From a virus (lineage: Duplodnaviria > Heunggongvirae > Uroviricota > Caudoviricetes): a stretch of 34,983 nt of DNA. The stretch is from IMG/VR virus record IMGVR_UViG_3300045988_118832, one strand, 5' to 3'. The notes beneath the pieces are model-generated. The model was not told where the DNA came from, did no database searches, and was given only the letters and a program-made list of their open reading frames with translations. This document shows positions 9,569-18,578 of this stretch, in pieces. Every line of letters starts with the position of its first letter. The stretch's first letter is position 1. The position numbers were made by a program, and so were the translations under genes.

Positions 9569-10990
9569 TTACAAAATCATGTCGATGCGACCGGCAAACA
9601 CATGCAGGCCGTTAACCACATCCGCCGGAACCACGCAGTCGAGACGGTTTGCATCTTTCCCGTTTCGCTGAACGCGCAGCTTTGCCTTATTCGCTTCCAC
9701 GTTCTCCAGAATCTCCGCTTCCTCCAGCTTGATCAGCACGTCATACAGTTCGCTTTCCACTTTTGCGATAGTGCGTGTGCTGAGTTTTTCGCGCGGGAAG
9801 CGAAGGCTGATGCGTTCGCGGCACGCCTTGCGGGTGTAGTCCAGCGTTCTGATGGACGTGATATCCAGTAACGAGACGTCAGTCACACCCTGTGCGTTAA
9901 CCGTGTATGTACTGACCGCACGCACAATCTGCACCGTGTTACCCGGGCCAACCTCAACCGGCGTCAGGCCGTTATGCAGAGCGTTTTCCTGCTCGTTACG
10001 GCTTTCACGCTGTGACATGGCGACCACATCCAGCCCGGACAGCGCCAGCGAGTTCAGCGGACGTGCCGGGTCTTCCTCGCCCGCCATCACAGCGCCGTAG
10101 ATGGCAGCCAGTACTGCTGGCAGCTTCACGGAGCCGCGATACCAGGGGACGGACATGCGCCCGCTGTTCACACCGGCTGCCAGGGTGATCCCGTTTCCGA
10201 GACTGCCCGTCCAGCCCGCACAGCCAATCGCGCCGCGCTGTTCCATCGCGTTCCCGGTTTTCTCCAGATGCTGCTTCAGGGCGGCGAGGGCTGGCGTGGT
10301 ACTGAACGGACAAATCAGAATGTTGTGACCGGCGGCAAAGACCGCATCCAGTGCGGGCTGAATATCCGGGTCCATTTCGCCGTTCGCCATCGGTGTGGCG
10401 CTCACGGTCAGACCACCTGCCGTGGTGGACGCTGACAGGGTGATGTCATTCCCCCAGGCACCTTTGGTCCGGGTGGTCACCGTCAGCTGAGAGGTTTCTG
10501 ATTTGTATTCCCCCGTCACCAGAAGCGAGGGCGTCTGCGCCATTGCTTCCACCAGTGCCGGAATGATTTTCGACGGTTCATCACCGGTTTCCACATCCAC
10601 CGTGACCTGCTCACCGGCAACCCATACCGACAGTGTGCCGCTGCTGATTGCTGTACCGTTGATGGTAACCGCGCCGGTTGCTGCCTTTCCTGCGCCAGTG
10701 TCTGCAATACCGATAACATCCAGTTGCAGATAGCTGTTGGCATTAATGGCCGCGCGCGCCATTGCAGCGGTCAGCGAACCGGCCCCGAAATACAAATCCG
10801 CTTCGTCTTCGGAATACACGGAAACGGCATTCAGGGGCGTGGCGGTGCCGCCTGACAGCATTGGACCAATCACCAGAACACGCTGTTCATTACCCGGCAG
10901 CGTGTTAACGGCCAGCCGGGTATTGAATTCAAAATGCACACCGGGCTTACGGATGCCGCCCGAAATGGTGTCAAACTGAATTTCACTCAT
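9569..10990 (-). CDS. Contractile tail sheath protein (Mu L / gp39-like)
   Basis: 473 aa ORF in conserved position upstream of the tube gene. Confidence 0.85.
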   Translation of the reverse strand: MSEIQFDTISGGIRKPGVHFEFNTRLAVNTLPGNEQRVLVIGPMLSGGTATPLNAVSVYSEDEADLYFGAGSLTAAMARAAINANSYLQLDVIGIADTGAGKAATGAVTINGTAISSGTLSVWVAGEQVTVDVETGDEPSKIIPALVEAMAQTPSLLVTGEYKSETSQLTVTTRTKGAWGNDITLSASTTAGGLTVSATPMANGEMDPDIQPALDAVFAAGHNILICPFSTTPALAALKQHLEKTGNAMEQRGAIGCAGWTGSLGNGITLAAGVNSGRMSVPWYRGSVKLPAVLAAIYGAVMAGEEDPARPLNSLALSGLDVVAMSQRESRNEQENALHNGLTPVEVGPGNTVQIVRAVSTYTVNAQGVTDVSLLDITSIRTLDYTRKACRERISLRFPREKLSTRTIAKVESELYDVLIKLEEAEILENVEANKAKLRVQRNGKDANRLDCVVPADVVNGLHVFAGRIDMIL

Positions 10991-11225
10991 CGGAACCCAC
11001 CTGTTTCTCTTTCTTCACCTTCGCTTTTACCTGCACGGCGTCCTGTTCAGCCGTCACGGTGGCTTCAGACTCATCCTTCACCAGAATCAGGTCACCGTCC
11101 TGAACGGCGCGCCGGTAATAAGCGGTGTTCTCAACGGTCACCGCTTCCGTAGTGATGTATTTCCGGGCGTTATCCTCCATCGGGAACTTCATCCCGGGAG
11201 CCGCCTTAACCTTCATTTTGTTCAT
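10983..11225 (-). CDS. Mu gp38-like small structural/assembly protein
   Basis: 80 aa ORF, overlapping start/stop with neighbours. Confidence 0.45.
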   Translation of the reverse strand: MNKMKVKAAPGMKFPMEDNARKYITTEAVTVENTAYYRRAVQDGDLILVKDESEATVTAEQDAVQVKAKVKKEKQVGSDE

Positions 11226-11802
11226 GCTGTTGCTCTCTTAATTCAGTCAGCCCTGATATTTCAGCGTCGCTGTCCTGCACCTGGTACCGGATGCCAAGGT
11301 TCAGCAGTTCCGGGTCAGGGTCTGACAGCCTGCCGTGGTAGCGGTTGAAGAGGCGGTCCGCTTCTGCGCCGCGCTCCGGCCATTTGCCGTTCGCCAGCGC
11401 GTGCTCCACCCAGCGGGTATCGAACTCACAGGCAAATACGGACATTGCCCGCTCTGCCACGCCGGTGTTAAACAGCGTTCTGACCCGCCCGGGTTCGAAA
11501 TAATCAATCTCCAGCCCCAAATCCTGACCGGTCAGCAGGCGGCGGACGGATTCAACCAGCTGGTTTGCCCCGACTTCATCCCGGACGGTGCCTCCCTGTC
11601 TGGCGCTCTGTTCGCTGCGGGTGTTGTAATCACCCACCACAACCACAAAGCGTCCGGTGGCAATGTATTTCCGGCGTGACGTGGAATAGCGTTCGGTTTT
11701 CACGATGCCGCCGAACGTCACCCAGGCTGCCGGAAGGCTGCGAACAATCCGGCCCGGGTCTTCATCCAGTTCACCGGCATAGGTGCGGACCTCCTGCACC
11801 AT
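11206..11802 (-). CDS. Mu gp37-like virion protein (tail completion/neck region)
   Basis: 198 aa ORF in conserved position. Confidence 0.5.
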   Translation of the reverse strand: MVQEVRTYAGELDEDPGRIVRSLPAAWVTFGGIVKTERYSTSRRKYIATGRFVVVVGDYNTRSEQSARQGGTVRDEVGANQLVESVRRLLTGQDLGLEIDYFEPGRVRTLFNTGVAERAMSVFACEFDTRWVEHALANGKWPERGAEADRLFNRYHGRLSDPDPELLNLGIRYQVQDSDAEISGLTELREQQHEQNEG

Positions 11803-11855
11803 ATGCCCCAGACCACAGCGCAGACGCTCAACCAGCGCCCGTTCAATTTCAGTAA

Positions 11856-12287
11856 TCAGAATGCACCTCCCCGTGTGGACTCACGCCCGAACTGACGGGA
11901 GCCGGAGCGGATACGCACCTGTGACGATGACTGGATCACGCTGCCGGACGTATCCCGTCCGAGGTTGATTTGTCCTGCCGCAACTTTCTCCAGAAAGCGG
12001 ATGGCATCCCGGTAGCGCATCTGAATTTCTTCTGAGCAGATACGGTAATCGGTCGCCAGGTGATAACGGGCGATATCGCAGCAGTAACCCACCAGACTCC
12101 CCGGGCTGTCAGGCCACGGGGTCCGGTAACGCCCCACCAGATAGCCATCAATCTGGGCACTGGCGCGTGCAAGCGCGGAGGCCAGTTTTTCTTCGTCGAT
12201 GAATCCCGTCATGTCTTCATCCGTCAGTGTGCGTGCCTCGCGTTCACTGAATGCCCTGATGAACTGTTCCGGTGTGGCGTAAGACAT
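11856..12287 (-). CDS. Mu gp36-like head-tail connector/completion protein
   Basis: 143 aa ORF in conserved position. Confidence 0.5.
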   Translation of the reverse strand: MSYATPEQFIRAFSEREARTLTDEDMTGFIDEEKLASALARASAQIDGYLVGRYRTPWPDSPGSLVGYCCDIARYHLATDYRICSEEIQMRYRDAIRFLEKVAAGQINLGRDTSGSVIQSSSQVRIRSGSRQFGRESTRGGAF

Positions 12288-12290
12288 GGG

Positions 12291-12632
12291 TTACTTCTCC
12301 TTTTTGTCCGCTTTTTGTGTTTTCTGTGCGGCGTTCAACTGTGCGGTCAGTTCACTGACTTTCTGGCGTTCTTCTTCCAGCTGCGCTGTCAGTTCGCTGA
12401 CTTTCTGACGCTCGGCATCCAGCTGTGCGGCCAGTTCATCCCCCCGGGCCGCGTCGTTCTGGCCGGATGCTTTATCGCGCTCCACCACAATCAGCATGGG
12501 GTCAGCCTTCAGCACCGCCAGCTGTTCCGGGGTGAACGCATCCGCAGGCCATGCCTTCGTGGTTGCGCTGTGTGCCACACCGCAGCGGCGAAAACCCTCA
12601 CGGCGGGCGGTAATTTCAATCACCTTTTCCAT
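12291..12632 (-). CDS. Mu gp35-like protein with internal tandem coiled-coil repeat
   Basis: 113 aa; N-terminus resembles the FluMu gp35-type domain as I recall it; C-terminus contains ERQKVSELTAQL twice, encoded by a ~42-bp tandem DNA repeat. Confidence 0.5.
   Translation of the reverse strand: MEKVIEITARREGFRRCGVAHSATTKAWPADAFTPEQLAVLKADPMLIVVERDKASGQNDAARGDELAAQLDAERQKVSELTAQLEEERQKVSELTAQLNAAQKTQKADKKEK
12336..12440 (-). repeat. About 2.5 tandem copies of a 42-bp unit inside the gp35-like gene
   Basis: Units at 12336-12377 and 12378-12419 plus a partial third; encodes the repeated ELTAQLEEERQKVS peptide. Confidence 0.6.
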
Positions 12633-12635
12633 GCA

Positions 12636-13586
12636 TTACTCCGTCGTACCATCAGAACCAAATGCCATCTGCCAGAAGCCGTAACCGCCGTTACAGCGCG
12701 CTTCGGCACCAAACCGAAACTTCTTACGCATGAATACGTTGTCGCTGTTGTAGTCCGTCTGCTCCACAAAAACCGGTTTCTTACGCTGCTGGAAGATCAG
12801 CGGCTTGACCGAGCGGGAGGTGTCGAACAGGAACCACGCAGAATCCGACGTCAGCTCCGGCATCACCAGCACTTCAGCGGTGTTGCGGTACGGGTTCGGC
12901 GTACCGTCCGGGAACTTCTCGGCGGTCATCAGGTAGTTCGCGTCATCTTCCAGCGCAGGTGGCACAACCAGCAGATTCGGACGGATTCTGAGAGACGCGC
13001 CTTCGTCATCTTTCAGACTGCGCATGGCCGTACGGGCAGCACCGTAGGAGGCTTTTGCTTCAGCAAGCGACCCCACTTTGAGTTTTTTGGTGCCTTTGTT
13101 GGACACCGATTTACCGGCGACCAGGTGGTCGGTATCAAAGAACATCTGGCCGTCGTAACAGGGACTGGTAAAACCGTTATTGATAAGGGACGCCACAATA
13201 TCTGCCGGGAGTTCTGCCGCTGACTGGCCCGCGTCTCTGGCCTGAAGGGCATAGCCCATAATCTGGTCGTCCTCGATGTCGTTACGATCGACTTCAACCG
13301 TGGCTTCCCAGTCCTTGTTGCGGATGGTGTAGTTGAAGGCTTCCAGAGATTTAACGTTTTTATCACCGACCCACTCGCGCATTTTCGGGAAACGACTCAA
13401 CCAGCTGTAGTCGTTCTCCTTGCTGCCTGATGGCACTTCCATTGCCACTTTTTGCCAGTCAGTGGGGGTCTGGTCGAAGGCTTTCTGATAGGTGGTCTTA
13501 AGATTGATAAAAATCTGGTTGAGGTTTTTAGCGTTAACTAACACGTTTCGCTCCTTAACTGAAATGAACCCAGACGCCATCGTCAC
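12636..13586 (-). CDS. Major capsid protein (Mu T-like)
   Basis: 316 aa ORF following protease/scaffold and a small head gene. Confidence 0.8.
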   Translation of the reverse strand: MTMASGFISVKERNVLVNAKNLNQIFINLKTTYQKAFDQTPTDWQKVAMEVPSGSKENDYSWLSRFPKMREWVGDKNVKSLEAFNYTIRNKDWEATVEVDRNDIEDDQIMGYALQARDAGQSAAELPADIVASLINNGFTSPCYDGQMFFDTDHLVAGKSVSNKGTKKLKVGSLAEAKASYGAARTAMRSLKDDEGASLRIRPNLLVVPPALEDDANYLMTAEKFPDGTPNPYRNTAEVLVMPELTSDSAWFLFDTSRSVKPLIFQQRKKPVFVEQTDYNSDNVFMRKKFRFGAEARCNGGYGFWQMAFGSDGTTE

Positions 13587-13950
13587 CGATGCCGATCACT
13601 TTCCCGGCGACAGGGCGGGCGCTGCTGTTGTCGGTTTTAGCCACGGTCACGCTGTCTTCCACGTAGCACAGCTTGCCGACCTGCGATTGCGTGACCGGAT
13701 CTGAGGTGCTGTTCGCCATCAGAAAGGCTTTGCCGCAACGCACCAGAACGGTGGCGTCGCCATCGCTGCCCTTGCTGTTATCCACCCAGCCATCAGACAC
13801 GCCCAGCGTAATCTGTGAGGCCGTGGCACTGGCCGGAACGGCATAACCGGATGCGTTAACGGCCACCATATGACCGCCAAAAATTTCGGTCGCAGCGGCA
13901 ACCGGCACCGGGTTCAGTTCGCCGTCACGATAGGGGGTATTACGATCCAT
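13555..13950 (-). CDS. Small head protein between scaffold and capsid genes (possible decoration/cement protein)
   Basis: 131 aa Gly/Val-rich ORF; function inferred from position only. Confidence 0.45.
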   Translation of the reverse strand: MDRNTPYRDGELNPVPVAAATEIFGGHMVAVNASGYAVPASATASQITLGVSDGWVDNSKGSDGDATVLVRCGKAFLMANSTSDPVTQSQVGKLCYVEDSVTVAKTDNSSARPVAGKVIGIGDDGVWVHFS

Positions 13951-15075
13951 TTACTTTTCTCCTGCGTAACGGGCGATATCTTCTGGATCAACGCCCATCA
14001 TTGAACAAATGGCGATATCGATATCGACGTCATCGCCGGTTTTAATCTGCGCCGGGGCCGGTGACGGCGTTTGGGGTGGTTTGCCGCCCGTCTGGGTCTG
14101 ACTGAGCGCAACAAGTTTCGGTGCGTTATCCAGCCAGGACTTAAAGCCGTTGATATCGCGGCTGGCGTAATCTTTCGCCCAGTCTTCCTGTGCCGGAAGC
14201 AGTCGCCCGTCAGACAGCGCCGCCTGAATCAGTGCCCCGGCTTCGGCCTCACCGGACTGTTGCGCCAGTGCGGCATAACGCCCCTGAAGTTCTTCGAAGG
14301 CAGCAAGGGAAATGTGTTTTGACGGGTCATAGGCACTGGCTGACAGGCTGGCGATTTGCTCATCTTTCTGATTCAGCAGGGCCAGCAGGCTGACGGATGC
14401 CGCCGCCGTTCCCTGACCGTTCGAAATCATGTCAACGACCTTTTGCAGCTCGTTTTTGATATCTTCCGCCGTTGAGGTAACCGGGAGGTTAAGCATCCAG
14501 CGCAGACTGGACAGCAAATCGTTTAACAGTTCTTCATCCACTGTTGTGGTCTCCGTTTCAGTTGACAGACTCGCCAGACGGCTGGCCGCAGCCAGCATGA
14601 CCGCGTCCATACCGTCCAGCGCCGGGGTATTGGTCAGTGCGGCGTGTAACAGTTCGATGACTTCGCCGCGCCGGTTGTATCCAAATACCGGGGAAATAAA
14701 TTTGTACTCTCCGGCGGCAATCATGGCCGCCGCGTTCTCCGTCCACTCCACACCGATGGCATACAGGCCCGAACCTTCACGCCATTCCACCTGGCTGAAC
14801 CAGCCCGCCGCCGGGGCAGGCTTGCCGTTGTTTACGGCGCGCAGCGTCTGATGTTCGTAATCAATGACAAAAGGCGTGGTACGGGCTGCCACCTGTGCGA
14901 CAAGCTGCGCGGCCAGTCCGGCAGTCAGCACCCATTTACCGCTTTCGACTTCATCGGTATACGGGCGACCATCCACCGCGCTGAACTCGCCTGCCGGAAA
15001 CAGCTGGATTTCGCTGTGGGTTGCTTTAGTAATTTCGAGGCTTAACGCCGCAATGTTCATCTTCATGCGCGGCAT
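13951..15075 (-). CDS. Head maturation protease with C-terminal scaffold domain (Mu I/Z-like)
   Basis: ORF 13951..15120; the GTG at 15120 lies inside the conserved dyad element, so the ATG at 15075 (MPRMKMNIAAL...) is preferred. Ala/Gln-rich C-terminal half is scaffold-like. Confidence 0.75.
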   Translation of the reverse strand: MPRMKMNIAALSLEITKATHSEIQLFPAGEFSAVDGRPYTDEVESGKWVLTAGLAAQLVAQVAARTTPFVIDYEHQTLRAVNNGKPAPAAGWFSQVEWREGSGLYAIGVEWTENAAAMIAAGEYKFISPVFGYNRRGEVIELLHAALTNTPALDGMDAVMLAAASRLASLSTETETTTVDEELLNDLLSSLRWMLNLPVTSTAEDIKNELQKVVDMISNGQGTAAASVSLLALLNQKDEQIASLSASAYDPSKHISLAAFEELQGRYAALAQQSGEAEAGALIQAALSDGRLLPAQEDWAKDYASRDINGFKSWLDNAPKLVALSQTQTGGKPPQTPSPAPAQIKTGDDVDIDIAICSMMGVDPEDIARYAGEK

Positions 15076-15094
15076 GATGACGGAAGGGGAACAC

Positions 15095-15122
15095 GGGGTA
15101 CTGTGGAGGGTGTTCAGCACCC
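15095..15122 (-). promoter_or_regulatory. Dyad element GGGTGTTCAGCACCC with conserved 5' flank, head block copy
   Basis: GGGTACTGTGGAGGGTGTTCAGCACCC, 20-47 nt upstream of the protease/scaffold ATG; near-identical to the 23101-23128 copy. Confidence 0.5.
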
Positions 15123-15158
15123 TGCCATAACGGGAAAGGATAAAAGGGGAAATAAAAC

Positions 15159-15183
15159 CGTTTTTAAAACCCTTTTAAAAACG
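15159..15183. promoter_or_regulatory. Perfect AT-rich palindrome CGTTTTTAAAA-CCC-TTTTAAAAACG in the G/I intergenic region
   Basis: 11-bp arms with 3-bp spacer, read directly from the sequence. Confidence 0.4.
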
Positions 15184-15275
15184 ATTCTGGCGGCATTTAT
15201 GGGGTGCGGTGCTGCAATGCCTCATCCGTGAGGCGTTTATGTCGTCAGAAGCGATTACAGCGCGCTTCTGGTCAT

Positions 15276-15827
15276 TCAGTCAATCACACGCGCAAAATAG
15301 CGGTTTGCGGTGTTCTCCAGCTCGTCGATGTCGTCCTGTACAAGCTGAAGGAAGGGGCGCGCGGGCATGTTGACCGTATACGCTCCGACCGTTGCGCTCT
15401 GTACAAAATTACTGTTGCGCTTCTTCACAAAGCGGGTGCTGACGCTGCCGTTCCTGTACTGCTTAAAATACAGGTTCTGCGTCCGTGCCTGATGGCGTAT
15501 TTCGCCGCCTTCGTTGTGGATACGGGCATAACGGACGTTTGTCCCGACCGTGGCCTCGTTATTGTTAACCGCAGAGCGGATACTGGCAGCCAGTCGCCCG
15601 GACTTCTGAAGGATTTGCCCGGGGCCGCGCCGTTTCGCATAGGCCGGACTCCAGCCCATCCATTTCGGGCGACCCTGTTGTTCAAAGTTAGTTTCAACCG
15701 CATCCAGCATGGAGCCTGCAAGTGCCGTCATCAGGTCGCGCCGGTCCTTCACGGAACGAATCAGTTTCCCCAGCGTGGTGTTATACGCGCTTAAATCAAT
15801 CTTAATATCCAGTTTACCGGTGCTCAT
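15276..15827 (-). CDS. Virion morphogenesis protein (Mu G-like)
   Basis: 183 aa ORF, overlaps the F-like gene by 4 nt. Confidence 0.7.
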   Translation of the reverse strand: MSTGKLDIKIDLSAYNTTLGKLIRSVKDRRDLMTALAGSMLDAVETNFEQQGRPKWMGWSPAYAKRRGPGQILQKSGRLAASIRSAVNNNEATVGTNVRYARIHNEGGEIRHQARTQNLYFKQYRNGSVSTRFVKKRNSNFVQSATVGAYTVNMPARPFLQLVQDDIDELENTANRYFARVID

Positions 15828-16990
15828 GATGCCTCCGGGGTGTCCTGCATCACCCAGTCTGTCAGCGTGCCATCCTCAACCGTCACCACCGACCAGCGGT
15901 CGCCTGACTGTAACGCATACCGCCACGCGTTACCGTCCTGCGTGACATGCTCCGCCCGTTCGATGGTCTGCTGCATCAGCGCATAGTCGGCGGCGGTCGG
16001 GGGCGTGTCTGCTGCGCTGAGGCGCTGCATGACGTCAGCCGTAAGGTTTACCGTCTGCCGTGCAGCGCCCGTGGCGGCGACCTGTTCCGGTGAACGGATG
16101 GCCAGCGGATATCGCTGGCGCGCATCCAGTTCGCTGACGTTCGCCAGTCCCCGGGCAAAATCCGGCCCGGTCAGCGTGCCGGTGACATACTGGCGGGCGC
16201 TGCGGTAATCATATTTTTCCAGTTCCGGCTGCCATGCCACCCGACCGGGATTAAATCCAAAGCCCGGGTCGGCGGTATACACGGATCCGTCCGGCATTTT
16301 CAGCCCCATCGTTCTGATGGTCTGGCCCGGCTGGCCATATTCCTGCTCAACCTCAACCAGCCGCCCCTCGCTGCTCTGCACCGTCAGGCCATATTTCTCC
16401 ACATCCGACGCCGAACGCGCCCGGATACGGCAGCGGCATCCGTACCCGTCCGGCGCGTAGAGATACTCCCAGACCGGATCATCCGCCCGGGCGGTAAAAC
16501 CGTTCAGGGCGGCGTGTTTCGGGCGGGTGTGAAGGTCCATCACCGCCACGCGCTCAAAATAAGGCCGGTCAGCCACGTTCGCCATCTGCTGCTGATAACG
16601 TCCGGCGTTGTAGGACGACTGAATGTTGGTATCAAATATCGTGCGCAACCGGCGCGGCGTCAGCTGTCTGCCGTGCAGTTCGCCGGTGTCCTCGTCCACA
16701 ATCAGCTTTTTACCCAGCCAGCCTTTTGATTCCAGCAGTGGTTCCAGTTGTGCTGCAAACTCCCGGAACGTCCCGCCATCAGCCAGTGCCGTCGTCAGGC
16801 CATCACGGATATCCTTCAGAACATCCAGTTTCAGCACGCCTGCCACCGTGAACGCCCGGGCACTGGCGATGTCCCTCACATCGTGCCAGCGGAAGCCGAT
16901 AACGTATCCCTTGCTTTCGAAATACCTAATCGCTTCTTCCGGTTTCAGGGTGTACGCATAACCCAGGTCAACATCGTCAGCTGTCGGCAT
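15824..16990 (-). CDS. Head morphogenesis / minor head protein (Mu F-like)
   Basis: 388 aa ORF immediately after the portal gene. Confidence 0.8.
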   Translation of the reverse strand: MPTADDVDLGYAYTLKPEEAIRYFESKGYVIGFRWHDVRDIASARAFTVAGVLKLDVLKDIRDGLTTALADGGTFREFAAQLEPLLESKGWLGKKLIVDEDTGELHGRQLTPRRLRTIFDTNIQSSYNAGRYQQQMANVADRPYFERVAVMDLHTRPKHAALNGFTARADDPVWEYLYAPDGYGCRCRIRARSASDVEKYGLTVQSSEGRLVEVEQEYGQPGQTIRTMGLKMPDGSVYTADPGFGFNPGRVAWQPELEKYDYRSARQYVTGTLTGPDFARGLANVSELDARQRYPLAIRSPEQVAATGAARQTVNLTADVMQRLSAADTPPTAADYALMQQTIERAEHVTQDGNAWRYALQSGDRWSVVTVEDGTLTDWVMQDTPEAS

Positions 16991-18578
16991 TCAGTCTCCC
17001 CCAGATATCCGCCACAAAGAACGCCTGTGTCAGCAACTGCCGCAGCGTGTCATCCGGCAGTTCCGGCCAGGCTTCCGCCAGTACGTTCATGGCCTCATCT
17101 GCATCACGACCTTCCTGTATGGCCTGCACCAGAGGTGCCACCAGTTCGTTCATCCCCTGCGCAATGGCCTCTGCCGGAAGTTCTGCCCGGTCAATGGCGC
17201 GCTGTGCCGGGTCGTCCTCCCCGTTGTCCTGCTGACTGAGCACGGCAATATTCAGCCGTTCACGCAGCTGGCTGAGACCAGCCTGCACAGGGAGACGCTG
17301 AGCTACCGGCACCAGTACCTCTTCGCCGTCTTTCGGGGTGGGAATACCGGTTTTTTGGCGTACCCACGACACCGGGATATCCTTCATCCCCACATTGTTA
17401 ACCAGCACGCTGACGGCTTCTGCCACACTCTTAATGTCGGCTTCCTGCTGCACATCAAACACCAGACGTGGCAGGCGACGCGGTGGGATATCCTGCCAGC
17501 CGTTGAGACTGGCCATCATCTGTATCAGACTACTGAACATGCCGGACAGCTGGCGAGCATCGGCGGTCAGAATGTCGTGCCGGACCTCGTTATGCACATT
17601 ACCCAGCGCGTTGGTGGAGGATTTGCCGTCGGCCTGACTGGTCAGTGTACTGCCCAGGATCACTTTTGAGGTGGTACGCTCCGCCCATTCCACCATCGAC
17701 ATGAACGCCTCCGGCCCGCCGGAGGCGGCCTCCTTGAATTCAATCTCGTTACCCTGAGGGAGTGCTGCCACCGCTTCATGGCCCAGATTGACCAGGGCTT
17801 CGAGAATGTTGTCCCGGTCAGCATCACTGGTGCCCTGTGCATAGTAGGCAATGCGCGCCGGAAGACCGTAAATCTCCAGAAATTCCGCCATATCACGCAG
17901 CGCAAAGTTTTTAAACAGATACGGCCAGACCAGTACGCGGAACAGGCCGGATGAACCCAGGAACCCCGACCGGGCGTTGTAACGATGAACCAGCCAGCCG
18001 AACGGCCACAGCGCGGAACCGTCTTTACCATCTTCCCCACAGTTGCCGTCATCCAGCCGGAGTTCGTCATTGTGTTCCGGCAGGGTAATAAACCAGTTAT
18101 GCGGTCGCAGCGTTACCGCATCCGGTAGCCACGTTTTGTCCACGAACGCCCAGCTGATTTCCTGACAGCTGAAACCGTAACCGACACTGCTCATCCCGTT
18201 GAGGATGATGTCCTCCATATCCGGGATACCGTGCAGCCACTCATCCACGGCGGCGGCCAGCTCCTTTTCAGCCTTCGAGGCATTGCGGGGTGGCTCCACC
18301 GACCAGTCCAGCGTCAGCAACGCTTTTTTGCGCTTTTCCATCTCGGCGAACAGATGGCCGTCACGTTCTTCCATATCCGCAAACAGCATCGCCTGCGCCG
18401 GAAGATAACCGCGTTCGGCTGCTTCCAGAATGCGCGGCAGTTTTCTGATGTTCAGACCACGCGACGGGTGGTCGGGATAAATGCGCAGCCGTTCCGCCAC
18501 CCGGACCGACTGCGTGGTTTTGAGTGCCTCACGTTTCAGCGGGCGTCCGTAAATATCAACAAGCTGTGCCATTACCAT
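16977..18578 (-). CDS. Portal protein (Mu H / gp29-like)
   Basis: 533 aa ORF downstream of the large terminase gene. Confidence 0.85.
   Translation of the reverse strand: MVMAQLVDIYGRPLKREALKTTQSVRVAERLRIYPDHPSRGLNIRKLPRILEAAERGYLPAQAMLFADMEERDGHLFAEMEKRKKALLTLDWSVEPPRNASKAEKELAAAVDEWLHGIPDMEDIILNGMSSVGYGFSCQEISWAFVDKTWLPDAVTLRPHNWFITLPEHNDELRLDDGNCGEDGKDGSALWPFGWLVHRYNARSGFLGSSGLFRVLVWPYLFKNFALRDMAEFLEIYGLPARIAYYAQGTSDADRDNILEALVNLGHEAVAALPQGNEIEFKEAASGGPEAFMSMVEWAERTTSKVILGSTLTSQADGKSSTNALGNVHNEVRHDILTADARQLSGMFSSLIQMMASLNGWQDIPPRRLPRLVFDVQQEADIKSVAEAVSVLVNNVGMKDIPVSWVRQKTGIPTPKDGEEVLVPVAQRLPVQAGLSQLRERLNIAVLSQQDNGEDDPAQRAIDRAELPAEAIAQGMNELVAPLVQAIQEGRDADEAMNVLAEAWPELPDDTLRQLLTQAFFVADIWGRLNADS

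Noticed and set aside
12060-13223. 387-aa ORF on the plus strand
   Set aside because: Entirely antisense to the major capsid and gp35-like genes; translation is Arg/Cys/His-rich with no motif and no start context; typical antisense ORF in GC-rich coding DNA.
15184-15275. Hairpins after the G-like gene as intrinsic terminators
   Set aside because: Stems are present (AGAAGCG...CGCTTCT, GCCTCA...TGAGGC) but neither is followed by a U-run on the transcribed strand.
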